The notes: generated by a model from the sequence alone, not told the origin. Counted from the first letter of the stretch, positions 1 to 9,155 are shown. The stretch: 32,000 nt of DNA from Sinorhizobium meliloti (GCF_017876815.1 NZ_JAGIOS010000001.1:1530001-1562000); one strand, 5' to 3'. Translations and numbers: made by a program.

Positions 1-51
1 GCCAAGGACGTTGCCCGCTTCCTCTCCGAAAAGCTTGAGGCGGGGCGATGA
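1..51 (+). CDS. 3' end of an upstream gene (partial, product unknown)
   Basis: The frame is open from the window edge (..AKDVARFLSEKLEAGR*). Its TGA (49-51) overlaps the next gene's ATG (48) in an ATGA junction. It is too short to identify. Confidence 0.3.
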   Translation, partial: AKDVARFLSEKLEAGR

Positions 52-857
52 GCATCACCTTCGAGACAAGCGACGGCACGCGGCTGAATGTCGACACGGC
101 GGGCGAGGGCATGCCGGTTGTCTTCCTGCACGGACTTTGCGGCGACGCGGGCCAGACCTCCGAAGCGTTTCCCACCGAACCCGGCTACCGCCGCGTCACG
201 ATCGAGGCTCGCGGTCATGGCCGATCGCAGTCCGGCGGACTCGACAGGCTTTCGATCGAAACCTTCGCGAATGACGTCGCTGCCTATGTCGAGGCCAATC
301 TGGACGTGCCTGTCATCATCGGCGGCATTTCCATGGGGGCGGCGATTTCGCTTCGCCTTGCCGTAAAGCGTCCCGATCTCGTCCGCGCGCTTGTCCTCGC
401 CCGGCCCGCCTGGCTGACGGCATCGGCGCCGGAAAATATGATCCCGAATGCCGAAGTCGGCCACCTTTTGACCCATCTGCCGCCGCCAGCGGCAAAGGCC
501 GCTTTCCTGGCAGGTCCCCTCGGGCAGCGTCTTGCGGCGGCCGCGCCGGACAATCTGGCCTCGCTCACCGGCTTTTTCGCGCGGGAACCCATCGAGGTCA
601 CGGCCGCGCTCCTCACCGCCGTTTCCAAGGACGGCCCGGGAGTCACGGAGGCCGATCTCGCCCGCATCGCCGTCCCGACGCTCGTCATCGGCCATGAACG
701 CGATCTCGTTCATCCCATCGCCCACGCGCGTGCGCTGGCGGAGAAAATCCCCGCTGCACGCTTCGTCCAGATCACCCCCAAGGCGGAGGACAAGGCGCGA
801 TACGTCGCCGATTTCCACCGCGCCCTGCGCACGTTCCTGAAGGATGTTCAGAGATGA
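48..857 (+). CDS. alpha/beta-fold hydrolase
   Basis: 269-aa ORF with GAGG 7 nt upstream of the ATG. It has an HG oxyanion motif (VVFLHGLCGD), a GxSxG nucleophile elbow (GISMG) and a C-terminal His region (GHERDLVHP). Confidence 0.85.
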   Translation: MSITFETSDGTRLNVDTAGEGMPVVFLHGLCGDAGQTSEAFPTEPGYRRVTIEARGHGRSQSGGLDRLSIETFANDVAAYVEANLDVPVIIGGISMGAAISLRLAVKRPDLVRALVLARPAWLTASAPENMIPNAEVGHLLTHLPPPAAKAAFLAGPLGQRLAAAAPDNLASLTGFFAREPIEVTAALLTAVSKDGPGVTEADLARIAVPTLVIGHERDLVHPIAHARALAEKIPAARFVQITPKAEDKARYVADFHRALRTFLKDVQR

Positions 858-971
858 CCGTCGCGGCAAGCGGGCAAGGTTGTCGAGCGCGTCGGTCAGC
901 GCGAGATTTGGGTCGCCATGCCGCGTCTGCGGCGCGGGAAGCGTTCTCAGCCCAAGGACTTGGTCTGGCGG

Positions 972-1066
972 GATCCCGAACCTCAACAGGCTTAAGGCAC
1001 TTCCAGGAAAAATGCGTAACGGTTTTCCGTTCGGAAGTGCCTCGCTTCAAAGTCGGAGCATTTCGC
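972..1066. repeat. dispersed intergenic repeat with nested hairpins (family B)
   Basis: Lies between convergent genes. GGCACTTCC (996-1004) pairs with GGAAGTGCC (1033-1041), enclosing GGAAAA (1006-1011) / TTTTCC (1023-1028). The core CGGTTTTCCG (1020-1029) recurs inverted at 18620-18629. The motif ATCCCGAACCTCAACAGGC (973-991) recurs as ATCCGAATCTCAACAGGC at 20223-20240. Confidence 0.55.
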
Positions 1067-1068
1067 GA

Positions 1069-1731
1069 TCAGCCGCCGCGGCGCTTGTTGCGCACCTCGT
1101 CATAGGGGATGCGGAAGACCTTGTCGTCGAGCGCGATGCCGGTCCGGACGTTGAAGATCATCACCGACGTGTCTTTCTTCTGCGCGTCGGTGATCGTCCA
1201 CTGCCGCAGATTGTAGCTCTTCGGGTCGAACATCATCGTGATGGTCGAATCTCCGAAGATGGAGCGGTCGCCGAGTACGATGGTGATGAGGTCCGCTTCC
1301 ACCCTCACGTCGCGTACCATCCTGCTTCTCAAGTCGATCCTTTCGCTGAGCAACAGATTGAGCGGGGTCTTCGAGAGCGGATAGATATCCCAGGTCTTGA
1401 GCTTCATATTGCCGATGACGACGGACTTGCCGTCGGCGATGACCCGCATCGGCGAGGGTGCTTCGTAATTGAAGCGGATGCGTCCCGGCCGGCGGATATA
1501 GAACTTGCCGCCCGTCTGTTCGCCGCGCGGGCCGAACTGGACGAATTCGCCGGCCATCGTCTTCACGGACGAGAAATGATCGGCGATCCTCTGGGCAACG
1601 GCGGACGCCTGAGCCGAAGCGTCGCCCGCGCCGAACGTCGTGGCGCCGAAGCCGGCGAGGGCCGCCAGGCCGCCAACGAAGACGCGCCGCGAGATTGCCC
1701 CGTTGCGGCCGTCGGTTTTGGTCTCCATCAT
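1069..1731 (-). CDS. lolA: LolA-family outer-membrane lipoprotein carrier protein
   Basis: LolA-like sequence (..FVQFGPRGEQTGGKFYIRRPGRIRFNYEAPSPMRVIADGKSV..). N-terminal signal peptide with an RR motif and an ASA-type cleavage site. AAGGAG sits 6 nt upstream of ATG 1731, while the track start at 1746 has no RBS. Conserved position downstream of ftsK. Confidence 0.85.
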   Translation of the reverse strand: MMETKTDGRNGAISRRVFVGGLAALAGFGATTFGAGDASAQASAVAQRIADHFSSVKTMAGEFVQFGPRGEQTGGKFYIRRPGRIRFNYEAPSPMRVIADGKSVVIGNMKLKTWDIYPLSKTPLNLLLSERIDLRSRMVRDVRVEADLITIVLGDRSIFGDSTITMMFDPKSYNLRQWTITDAQKKDTSVMIFNVRTGIALDDKVFRIPYDEVRNKRRGG

Positions 1732-1866
1732 CGCAGTCTCCTTCATTCGTGATCATTTGAAGGGCAAGTGGGGCGCCTTCAAGGCGTTGGAAAACCCCGA
1801 AAACACGACGCCTTCAAATGACCGTTACCGCCTGCCGCGCGCTGATCACGCCGCTGTGGCGCTGTC

Positions 1867-4512
1867 TTACCGGCCGGTGATCTCAGCCTCGGTCGGCACC
1901 AGTATCTCGCGCTTTCCGGCGTGGTTCGCGGGGCTGATGATGCCTTCCTGCTCCATCCGCTCGATCAGCGAGGCGGCCCTATTATAGCCGATACCGAGGC
2001 GCCGCTGCACGTAGGAGGTCGAAGCCTTGCCGTCGCGCAGCACGATCGCCACCGCCTGATCGTACGGGTCCTCGGAATCGGCGAGGTTGGAGGTGCCGGC
2101 CGGACCGCCGCCATCATTCTCGTCCTCGTCGTCCTCGGTGATCGCGTCGAGATATTGCGGCACGCCTTGCGTCTTCAGATAGGCAACGACCTCTTCGACC
2201 TCGGTGTCAGAGACGAAGGGTCCGTGCACGCGCTGGATACGGCCACCGCCGGCCATGTAGAGCATGTCGCCCATGCCCAGGAGCTGTTCGGCTCCCTGTT
2301 CGCCGAGGATGGTGCGGCTGTCGATCTTGGAGGTCACCTGGAAGGAGATGCGCGTCGGGAAGTTCGCCTTGATCGTACCGGTGATGACGTCGACCGAGGG
2401 ACGCTGCGTCGCCATGATGACGTGGATGCCGGCGGCGCGCGCCATCTGGGCGAGCCGCTGGACGGCGCCTTCGATATCCTTGCCGGCGACCATCATCAGG
2501 TCGGCCATCTCATCGATGATGACGACGATATAGGGCATCGGCGAAAGGTCGAATTCCTCCGTCTCGTAGACGGCCTCGCCGGTCTGGCGGTCGAAGCCGG
2601 TCTGGACGGTGCGCGTGATCGCCTCGCCCTTGGCCAGCGCCTGCTCGACGCGGCTGTTGAAGCCGTCGATGTTGCGCACGCCGATCTTCGACATCTTCTT
2701 GTAGCGCTCTTCCATCTCGCGCACGGTCCATTTCAGCGCCACGACCGCCTTCTTGGGGTCGGTCACGACCGGCGAGAGAAGGTGCGGGATGCCGTCATAG
2801 ACGGAGAGTTCGAGCATCTTCGGATCGATCATGATGAGGCGGCACTGATCGGGTCTCAGCCGGTAGAGCAGCGACAGGATCATGGTGTTGATCGCCACAG
2901 ACTTGCCCGATCCGGTGGTGCCGGCGACGAGCAGATGCGGCATCTTGGCGAGATCGGCAACGACGGATTCGCCGCCGATCGTCTTGCCGAGCGCCATGGC
3001 GAGCTTCGTCTTGGTCGTCTCGAAGTCGCGGGAGCCGATCAATTCGCGCAGATAGACCATCTCGCGCCGCTGGTTCGGCAGCTCGATGCCGATGGCGTTG
3101 CGGCCGGGAACGACGGCGACGCGTGCGGCGATCGCGCTCATGGAACGGGCGATGTCGTCGGCGAGACCGATGACCCGCGACGATTTGATCCCGGGCGCCG
3201 GTTCCAGCTCATAGAGGGTGACGACGGGGCCGGGGCGGACATGGATGATCTCGCCCTTGACGCCGAAATCCTCGAGAACGCCTTCGAGCATGCGGGCGTT
3301 CTGCTCGAGCGCATCGGCCGAAAGCGAGGCATCGCGCGCGACATTCTTCGGCTCGGCAAGGAAGTGGATCGGCGGAAGCGTGAAATCGCCGTCTTCATCG
3401 ACGAACGAGCGCTGCGCCTCGCGCTCGACGCGCTGCCCGGCTTTCGGCCGCGGCGGGGCCACGCGCGAGCCCGCCATTGCCAGAGCCGGCTTCGGCGGTG
3501 CAGGCCGCGGAGCCCAGTCTGCGGCCACGTCGTCTTCGTCGTCGTCCGGCAGGATGCCGGCAGGCCGTCGCTCGTCGATATCGAAGGGCGGGTCGTCTTC
3601 GTCGCCCATGATCGGTGGCGGCGTGACGATGCGGCGCTCGGAACGATCGAGCGAGGGCTCGATACGGCCGGCCTGCGCCTTCGGCCGGACCGGCTCGTTC
3701 AATGTGCCGAATTCGTCGTTGTTGAAGTCGTAGGGCTCGTCATACTGACGCTTCGCCGGCTTTGCTCCCATGCCGAAGGCGCGGCGCAGCCTCGCCTGCG
3801 CCGTGTAGCGCATATGGGCGAGCGACCCCATCAGCACAGTAAGAGGGCCTTCTTCGTCTTCCTCTTCGAGTTCGTCGCGTATGGTGCGCGCCTTGCTGGG
3901 TGCGGGCTCCGGCGCCGGTTCCGCCTCTTCATCCTCGCTGACGCCGATGAGGCCGGCGCTGTAGACGAGGCACCAGGCGGCTGGTGCGGTGAAGAGGCAG
4001 GCGAGGACGGTCGCGAAGGTGCCCGTCGGGAAGGTTCCGGTGAAGAGCGCCGGAAAACGCAGGATCATGTCGCCGAAGACGCCTCCGAGGCCGTTCGGCA
4101 ACGGCCAGGTGATCGGCGCCGGAACGCAGCTCAAGGCCGCGCTCGCCAGCACCGAGCCGGCGAACCACAGGCCGAGCCGCTTGAGCACCTTGTCGAAATG
4201 CGTGCCCCGGATGAGAACGAGAGCCCAGGCGACGGCCGGGAGCAGCGCCACGACGCTCGCAAGGCCGAAGAACTGCATGAAGATATCCGCGAAGACGGCG
4301 CCGCCATAGCCGAGCAGGTTGGTCGGCTCGTTCGAAGTTGCATAGGAAAAGCTCGGATCCGCGACGTTCCATGTCGAAAGGGCAGCAATGGCGAGTGCCA
4401 GCGCACCGACGAGAACGAACCCCGCCAGCGAGGCGATCTGCCGCCAGACGAAGTGGGTCAGCACGAACCGGTTGGAACGGCTGTCAAGCGTTGCGGTATT
4501 GCTTCTGCTCAT
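1867..4512 (-). CDS. ftsK: DNA translocase FtsK
   Basis: N-terminal TM helices, a Pro/Asp/Glu-rich linker, a motor domain with Walker A GTTGSGKS, and a C-terminal gamma winged-helix (SYVQRRLGIGYNRAASLIERME). Start placed at ATG 4512 (MSRSNTATLD..). The open frame extends to 4659, so the start is uncertain. Confidence 0.93.
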   Translation of the reverse strand: MSRSNTATLDSRSNRFVLTHFVWRQIASLAGFVLVGALALAIAALSTWNVADPSFSYATSNEPTNLLGYGGAVFADIFMQFFGLASVVALLPAVAWALVLIRGTHFDKVLKRLGLWFAGSVLASAALSCVPAPITWPLPNGLGGVFGDMILRFPALFTGTFPTGTFATVLACLFTAPAAWCLVYSAGLIGVSEDEEAEPAPEPAPSKARTIRDELEEEDEEGPLTVLMGSLAHMRYTAQARLRRAFGMGAKPAKRQYDEPYDFNNDEFGTLNEPVRPKAQAGRIEPSLDRSERRIVTPPPIMGDEDDPPFDIDERRPAGILPDDDEDDVAADWAPRPAPPKPALAMAGSRVAPPRPKAGQRVEREAQRSFVDEDGDFTLPPIHFLAEPKNVARDASLSADALEQNARMLEGVLEDFGVKGEIIHVRPGPVVTLYELEPAPGIKSSRVIGLADDIARSMSAIAARVAVVPGRNAIGIELPNQRREMVYLRELIGSRDFETTKTKLAMALGKTIGGESVVADLAKMPHLLVAGTTGSGKSVAINTMILSLLYRLRPDQCRLIMIDPKMLELSVYDGIPHLLSPVVTDPKKAVVALKWTVREMEERYKKMSKIGVRNIDGFNSRVEQALAKGEAITRTVQTGFDRQTGEAVYETEEFDLSPMPYIVVIIDEMADLMMVAGKDIEGAVQRLAQMARAAGIHVIMATQRPSVDVITGTIKANFPTRISFQVTSKIDSRTILGEQGAEQLLGMGDMLYMAGGGRIQRVHGPFVSDTEVEEVVAYLKTQGVPQYLDAITEDDEDENDGGGPAGTSNLADSEDPYDQAVAIVLRDGKASTSYVQRRLGIGYNRAASLIERMEQEGIISPANHAGKREILVPTEAEITGR

Positions 4513-4681
4513 GTTGCCTGCTTTGCCCGTTTCGATCCGCCGGAACGAGAGCGCGCGAGAAGGCCGCCCATGAATATTCCAGCCCTTTTGGTGAGGAGCA
4601 GCCTTCTCACCCTCAATCCGGGCGAAAAGCGGGATGCTCCGGGCACTTTGCGTGCCCATGGAATCAACCTAAGCGAAGTAG

Positions 4682-4700
4682 GGTTAATGTGACATTAACC
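4682..4700. promoter_or_regulatory. CtrA-type box inside a perfect 19-bp palindrome
   Basis: GGTTAATGT-G-ACATTAACC reads TTAA-N7-TTAAC on both strands. It lies about 170-190 nt upstream of the proposed ftsK start. Confidence 0.45.
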
Positions 4701-4746
4701 ATGCGCGTGTGCCGGAAAAATTGCGGTTGGGATGCGTATGCAGCGC

Positions 4747-4776
4747 AAAAAAAAGCCCGGATCGCGAGATCCGGGC
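4747..4776 (-). terminator. intrinsic terminator of glnK-amtB
   Basis: The minus strand reads GCCCGGATC-TCGC-GATCCGGGC followed by T8, 65 nt past the amtB stop. Confidence 0.85.
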
Positions 4777-4840
4777 CAAGGGCGATCCGCAGGATGCGGA
4801 CCGCGACGGGACTGTTGGCGGCGCCGTTTGACGACGCTGC

Positions 4841-6196
4841 TCAGCTCGCGTGATAGGCGGCTTCGCCATGCGAGGAGAGGTCGAGCCCTTCCCGCTCCGC
4901 TTCCATCGATACGCGAAGGCCGACAAGCGCATCGACCACCTTGTAGAGGATGGCGGAAACGACACCGCACCAGACGATCGTGATGGCGACGGCCGTGATC
5001 TGGGTCATCAGCTGGCTTCCCATGGTCACGCCGTCGGCATAGCCGATGCCGCCGAGCGAGGAGGAGGCGAAGACGCCGGTCGCGATCGCGCCGAAGAAGC
5101 CGCCGACGCCGTGCACGCCGAAGACGTCTGCCGTGTCGTCATAGTGGAACTTGTTCTTGATCACCGAGACGAAGAAGTAGCAGAGCGGCGAGACGATCAG
5201 GCCCATGATGATCGCGCCCATCGGACCGGCGATACCGGCCGCCGGCGTGACGGCGACGAGCCCGGCGATCATGCCCGAAGCGGCGCCGAGCATCGACGCC
5301 TTGCCGCGCGTCAGCGTCTCGACGAGCGACCACGAAAGGACTGCGGCAGCCGTTGCGAGGAAGGTGTTGACGGTGGCGAGAACCGCACCGCCGGAGGCTT
5401 CGAGATTGGAGCCGGCGTTAAAGCCGAACCATCCGAACCACAGCATGGCAGCGCCGACGAGCGTCAGGGTCATGGAATGCGGGGCCATCATGTCACGGCC
5501 GTAGCCGGTGCGCTTGCCGACCATGAATGCACCGACGAGGCCGGCGACGCCGGCATTGATGTGGACCACGGTGCCGCCGGCGAAATCGAGCGCGCCCATG
5601 CCGAAGAGCAGGCCGTTTGCGTCCCAGACCATGTGCGCGATCGGGAAATAGACGAATGTCGCCCAGAGGATGGCGAAGAGGATCGCGGCCGAGAACTTGA
5701 TGCGCTCGGCAAAGGCGCCGACGATGAGTGCCGGGGTGATCGCGGCGAAGGTCATCTGGAACAGCATGAACAGATACTCCGGAATGACGACGCCATCGGA
5801 GAAGGTCGCCGCGGTGCTGTCGACGGTCACGCCCGCGAGGAAGAGCTTGGCGAAGCCGCCGAAATAGGCGCTCGTCGAGCCGCCGAAGGCGAAGGAATAA
5901 CCGTAGACGACCCAGACGATCATCATGGCGGCGCCGATCACCGTGCACTGCATCAGCACCGACAGCATGTTCTTGGCGCGCACGAGGCCGCCGTAGAATA
6001 GGGCGAGGCCCGGGATCAGCATGAACAGGACGAGAAGCGTCGAAAGGAACATGAAGGTGGTGTCGGCCTTGTCCGGCACCGGTGTTGCGGCCGCGGCGGG
6101 CGCGGCTTCCTGGGCAAATGCAACGACCGGCGCGAGCATCGCGGCAGCGGTCGCTCCCACGCGTCGAAGAGAGGTGGAAAGGGTGAATGACGACAT
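4841..6196 (-). CDS. amtB: ammonium transporter
   Basis: 451-aa polytopic membrane protein of the Amt family (..FMFLSTLLVLFMLIPGLALFYGGLVRAKN.., ..DFAGGTVVHINAGVAGL.., ..VFGVHGVGGFFGAIATG..). N-terminal signal sequence. GGGAG RBS. Starts 27 nt downstream of glnK. Confidence 0.95.
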   Translation of the reverse strand: MSSFTLSTSLRRVGATAAAMLAPVVAFAQEAAPAAAATPVPDKADTTFMFLSTLLVLFMLIPGLALFYGGLVRAKNMLSVLMQCTVIGAAMMIVWVVYGYSFAFGGSTSAYFGGFAKLFLAGVTVDSTAATFSDGVVIPEYLFMLFQMTFAAITPALIVGAFAERIKFSAAILFAILWATFVYFPIAHMVWDANGLLFGMGALDFAGGTVVHINAGVAGLVGAFMVGKRTGYGRDMMAPHSMTLTLVGAAMLWFGWFGFNAGSNLEASGGAVLATVNTFLATAAAVLSWSLVETLTRGKASMLGAASGMIAGLVAVTPAAGIAGPMGAIIMGLIVSPLCYFFVSVIKNKFHYDDTADVFGVHGVGGFFGAIATGVFASSSLGGIGYADGVTMGSQLMTQITAVAITIVWCGVVSAILYKVVDALVGLRVSMEAEREGLDLSSHGEAAYHAS

Positions 6197-6223
6197 CGAA
6201 AATAGCTCCCTGAACGGCGTGGT

Positions 6224-6562
6224 TTACAACGCTTCTGAGTCGGTCTCGCCGGTGCGGATGCGCACGGCATGGTCAATCGAGTAGACGAAGATCTTGCCGT
6301 CGCCGATCTGGCCGGTCTTGGCGGCCGAAGCGATGGCTTCGACGGCCCTGTCGACGATCTCCGTCGCGACCGCGATCTCGACCTTCAGCTTAGGCAGAAA
6401 GCTCACGGCATATTCGGTGCCGCGGTAAATCTCGGTGTGTCCCTTTTGGCGGCCGTAGCCCTTCACTTCGGTCACGGTCAAACCCTGGATGCCAACGGCA
6501 GTGAGGGCTTCGCGAACCTCATCGAGCTTGAACGGCTTGATAATGGCCATCACAATTTTCAT
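6224..6562 (-). CDS. glnK: P-II nitrogen regulatory protein GlnK
   Basis: 112-aa canonical PII sequence with the T-loop GYGRQKGHTEIYRGTEY, placing Tyr at residue 51. Called GlnK rather than GlnB because of its operon position with amtB. Confidence 0.95.
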   Translation of the reverse strand: MKIVMAIIKPFKLDEVREALTAVGIQGLTVTEVKGYGRQKGHTEIYRGTEYAVSFLPKLKVEIAVATEIVDRAVEAIASAAKTGQIGDGKIFVYSIDHAVRIRTGETDSEAL

Positions 6563-6648
6563 CGAGTTCCCATCCTTGTCTGCCTCCAGCGGAGGCCGTC
6601 TCTCCTTGCTGCTTGAGCGCCTGACGCGCTGGCAACCGGAAAGCTACA

Positions 6649-6664
6649 TTCAAGGGGCGTGCCA
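6649..6664 (-). promoter_or_regulatory. putative sigma-54 (-24/-12) promoter of glnK-amtB
   Basis: The minus strand reads TGGCACGCCCCTTGAA against the consensus TGGCAC-N5-TTGCW. The -24 GG is intact, but the -12 element reads GA instead of GC. It lies about 85 nt upstream of the glnK ATG. Confidence 0.5.
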
Positions 6665-6798
6665 GATTCGATGAGGCAGAACAAACCACTGAAAACTAAT
6701 GGAAAAAACACGTCCGGCGAGGGGGCTGCCGCGGAACGCTAAAAACACGCCAGTCGGAATGATTAAAATATAAGCAGAATCCGAAAAATGGCAAAAAT

Positions 6799-7683
6799 TT
6801 ACGCAATTGCCTTTTTGCGGATCAATCCTTCCTGCGCGACAGAGGCGATCAGAACGCCCGAGCGGTCGAAAAGGCTGCCGCGGGTCATTCCGCGGGCGCC
6901 GTGCGCGCTGGGGCTGTCCTGGGTATAGAGCAGCCAATCGTCCATTTTCGAGGGCCGGTGGAACCACATGGCGTGGTCGAGGCTGGCCACCTGGAGGCTG
7001 CGGTCGTAGACCGATGTGCCGTGTGCGTAAAGAGACGTGTCGAGGAGCGTCATGTCGGAGAGATAGGCGAGGACGGCGGCCTGGAGATGGCGCTCGTCCG
7101 GCACCGTCCCGACCGCTTTCACCCATACGTCCTGCTTCGGGGATGCCTTCGCGCGCGAGAAATAGTGTTCGAGCGAGACGGGCCGGATTTCGATCGGCCG
7201 CGGCCGCTCCCAATAGCGGCGGATCGCCTCCGGTGCGTGGACGAGAAACTTCTCCTTGAGTTCCTGCTCTCCCGGCAGCGTCTCCGGCATCGGCACGTCC
7301 GGCATGTCGAACTGGTGCTCGAAGCCATCCTCGTCGTACTGGAAGGAGGCAGACATGGCGAAGATGGCCTTGCCGTGCTGGATCGCCACCACGCGCCGCG
7401 TCGCGAAGCTCGAGCCGTCGCGGATCCGGTCGACCTCGTAGATGATCGGAACGGAAGGGTCGCCCGGACGCATGAAATAGGCGTGCAGCGAGTGAACGTA
7501 GCGGCCCCCGTCGACCGTGCGCTGGGCGGCGACCAGCGCCTGGCCGATCACCTGGCCGCCGAAGACCCGCTGCCAGCCGACCTGCGGGCTCAAGCCCCGG
7601 AAGAGGTTTTCCTCGAGCTTCTCGAGGTCGAGTATCGCAAGGAGCGCATCCATGGGCGTGGCGGTCTCGGTAGGGCGCGACAT
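6799..7683 (-). CDS. tesB: acyl-CoA thioesterase II
   Basis: TesB-like double hot-dog sequence (..LLAILDLEKLEENLFRGLSPQVGWQRVFGGQVIGQAL..). GGAGA sits 8 nt upstream of ATG 7683. The track start at 7719 is probably an over-extension. Confidence 0.9.
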   Translation of the reverse strand: MSRPTETATPMDALLAILDLEKLEENLFRGLSPQVGWQRVFGGQVIGQALVAAQRTVDGGRYVHSLHAYFMRPGDPSVPIIYEVDRIRDGSSFATRRVVAIQHGKAIFAMSASFQYDEDGFEHQFDMPDVPMPETLPGEQELKEKFLVHAPEAIRRYWERPRPIEIRPVSLEHYFSRAKASPKQDVWVKAVGTVPDERHLQAAVLAYLSDMTLLDTSLYAHGTSVYDRSLQVASLDHAMWFHRPSKMDDWLLYTQDSPSAHGARGMTRGSLFDRSGVLIASVAQEGLIRKKAIA

Positions 7684-7771
7684 TTCGGCGGTCTCCGATG
7701 GTAGGAACGGCGTTGGCATTGATCTATATAGGCACGAGATGATGCTTCAAGTGCGACGGGAGACGAGGCGG

Positions 7772-8998
7772 ATGATCGACGTTCTGATTGCCGGGGGCGG
7801 CTATGTCGGCCTCTCGCTTGCCGTATCGCTGAAAAAGGCGGCCCCCCATCTCGATGTCATGGTCGTCGATGCCGCGCCGGAAGGCGTGTGGACGAAGGAC
7901 GAACGGGCATCGGCCGTCGCCGCCGCTGCCGAGCGGATGCTCGACGTCCTCGGCGTCTGGCAGGCGATCGCGCCCGAGGCCGAGCCGATCCTCAGGATGG
8001 TGATCACCGATTCGAAGACGGCCGATCCGGTCCGACCGGTCTTCCTTACATTCGAGGGCGGGGGCGAGGATAATGGCGGCGACGGCCGCCCCTTCGCCCA
8101 TATGGTGCCGAATACGGCGCTCGTCGGTGCGCTGCGCCGCGCCTGCGACGAACTCGGCGTTTCGATCCGGCAGTCGACCGTGGTGGAGCTCTTCAAGAGC
8201 GGAGATCATTCCGTCGCCGTCACTCTGGCGGGCGGCGAGACGATCGAGGCGCGGCTGCTGGTCGCCTGCGACGGCGTTCGTTCGAGGCTGCGCGAGGCGG
8301 CGGGCATCAAGGCCGTCGAGTTCGATTACGGCCAGTCGGGCATCGTCACCACCGTCGAGCACGAGCGTCCGCATGGCGGGACGGCGGAGGAGCATTTCCT
8401 GCCTGCCGGTCCCTTCGCGACGCTGCCGCTCAAGAACAACCGTTCCTCGCTCGTCTGGACCGAGAGCACCTATGATGCCGAGCGTCTGGTCAAGGAGGAC
8501 GATTTCATCTTCGAGGAGGAACTGGAGCGCCGTTTCGGCCATAAGCTCGGCCGTCTCAAGGTGGTCGGCGGCCGGCGTGCCTTCCCGCTCGGCCTCACGC
8601 TTGCCCGCGACTTCGTCGCACCGCGTTTCGCGCTCGCCGGGGATGCCGCGCACGGCATCCACCCGATTTCCGGCCAGGGACTCAATCTCGGCTTCAAGGA
8701 TGTCGCGGCCCTCGCCGAAACGATCGTCGAGGCGGACCGCCTCGGCCTCGATATCGGCTCGCTCGCGGTTCTGGAGCGCTACCAGACGTGGCGGCGCTTC
8801 GATACCTTCCGGATGGGCGTTACGACGGACGTCCTCAACCGGCTCTTCTCCAACGACATCATGCCCGTGCGGGTCGTGCGCGACCTCGGCCTCGGCCTCG
8901 TCGATCGCCTGCCGTCGCTCAAGAAGTTCTTCATCCGCCAGGCGGCGGGCACTCCCGGGAGAACCGATCCGCGGCTGCTCGCCGGCGAGCCGATTTGA
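7772..8998 (+). CDS. UbiH/UbiF/VisC/COQ6-family FAD-dependent monooxygenase
   Basis: GxGxxG dinucleotide fold at the N-terminus (DVLIAGGGYVGLSLA) and the family motif LAGDAAHGIHPISGQGLNLGFKD. GGGAGA sits 8 nt upstream of ATG 7772. The 493-aa track ORF is an upstream over-extension. Confidence 0.88.
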   Translation: MIDVLIAGGGYVGLSLAVSLKKAAPHLDVMVVDAAPEGVWTKDERASAVAAAAERMLDVLGVWQAIAPEAEPILRMVITDSKTADPVRPVFLTFEGGGEDNGGDGRPFAHMVPNTALVGALRRACDELGVSIRQSTVVELFKSGDHSVAVTLAGGETIEARLLVACDGVRSRLREAAGIKAVEFDYGQSGIVTTVEHERPHGGTAEEHFLPAGPFATLPLKNNRSSLVWTESTYDAERLVKEDDFIFEEELERRFGHKLGRLKVVGGRRAFPLGLTLARDFVAPRFALAGDAAHGIHPISGQGLNLGFKDVAALAETIVEADRLGLDIGSLAVLERYQTWRRFDTFRMGVTTDVLNRLFSNDIMPVRVVRDLGLGLVDRLPSLKKFFIRQAAGTPGRTDPRLLAGEPI

Positions 8999-9022
8999 AC
9001 GCAACCGTTCGTGCCTCTGTCC

Positions 9023-9155
9023 GCCCCTCATCCGCCTACCGGCACCTTCTCCCCGCAGGCGGGGAGAAGGGACAAGCGGCGCCAACTGAACCCCGCATTC
9101 ACCGCCCGCCCGAGGGAGCGAGCGGGCGCGGCATATCCCTTCTCCCCGCAGGCGG
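9023..9155. repeat. RIME-like composite palindromic repeat (family A), left part, interrupted by the IS
   Basis: GCCCCTCATCC terminus, then the hairpin CCTTCTCCCCG-CAGG-CGGGGAGAAGG (9045-9070), the GGGACAAGCGGC motif, and the first arm of a second hairpin (9138-9150). It is collinear with the intact copy at 27682-27843. Confidence 0.75.

Noticed and set aside
1921-4692. 923-aa ORF on the + strand
   Set aside because: It is entirely antisense to ftsK. It has an Arg/Gly/Asp/His/Ala-rich low-complexity composition typical of shadow ORFs in high-GC DNA, with no recognisable motifs and no RBS.
6790-6811. Dyad GGCAA-N12-TTGCC spanning the tesB stop codon, considered as an NtrC UAS for glnK or a tesB terminator
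   Set aside because: The stem is only 5 bp, it does not match the TGCACC-N5-GGTGCA NtrC consensus, and the loop contains the stop codon. Evidence is insufficient.
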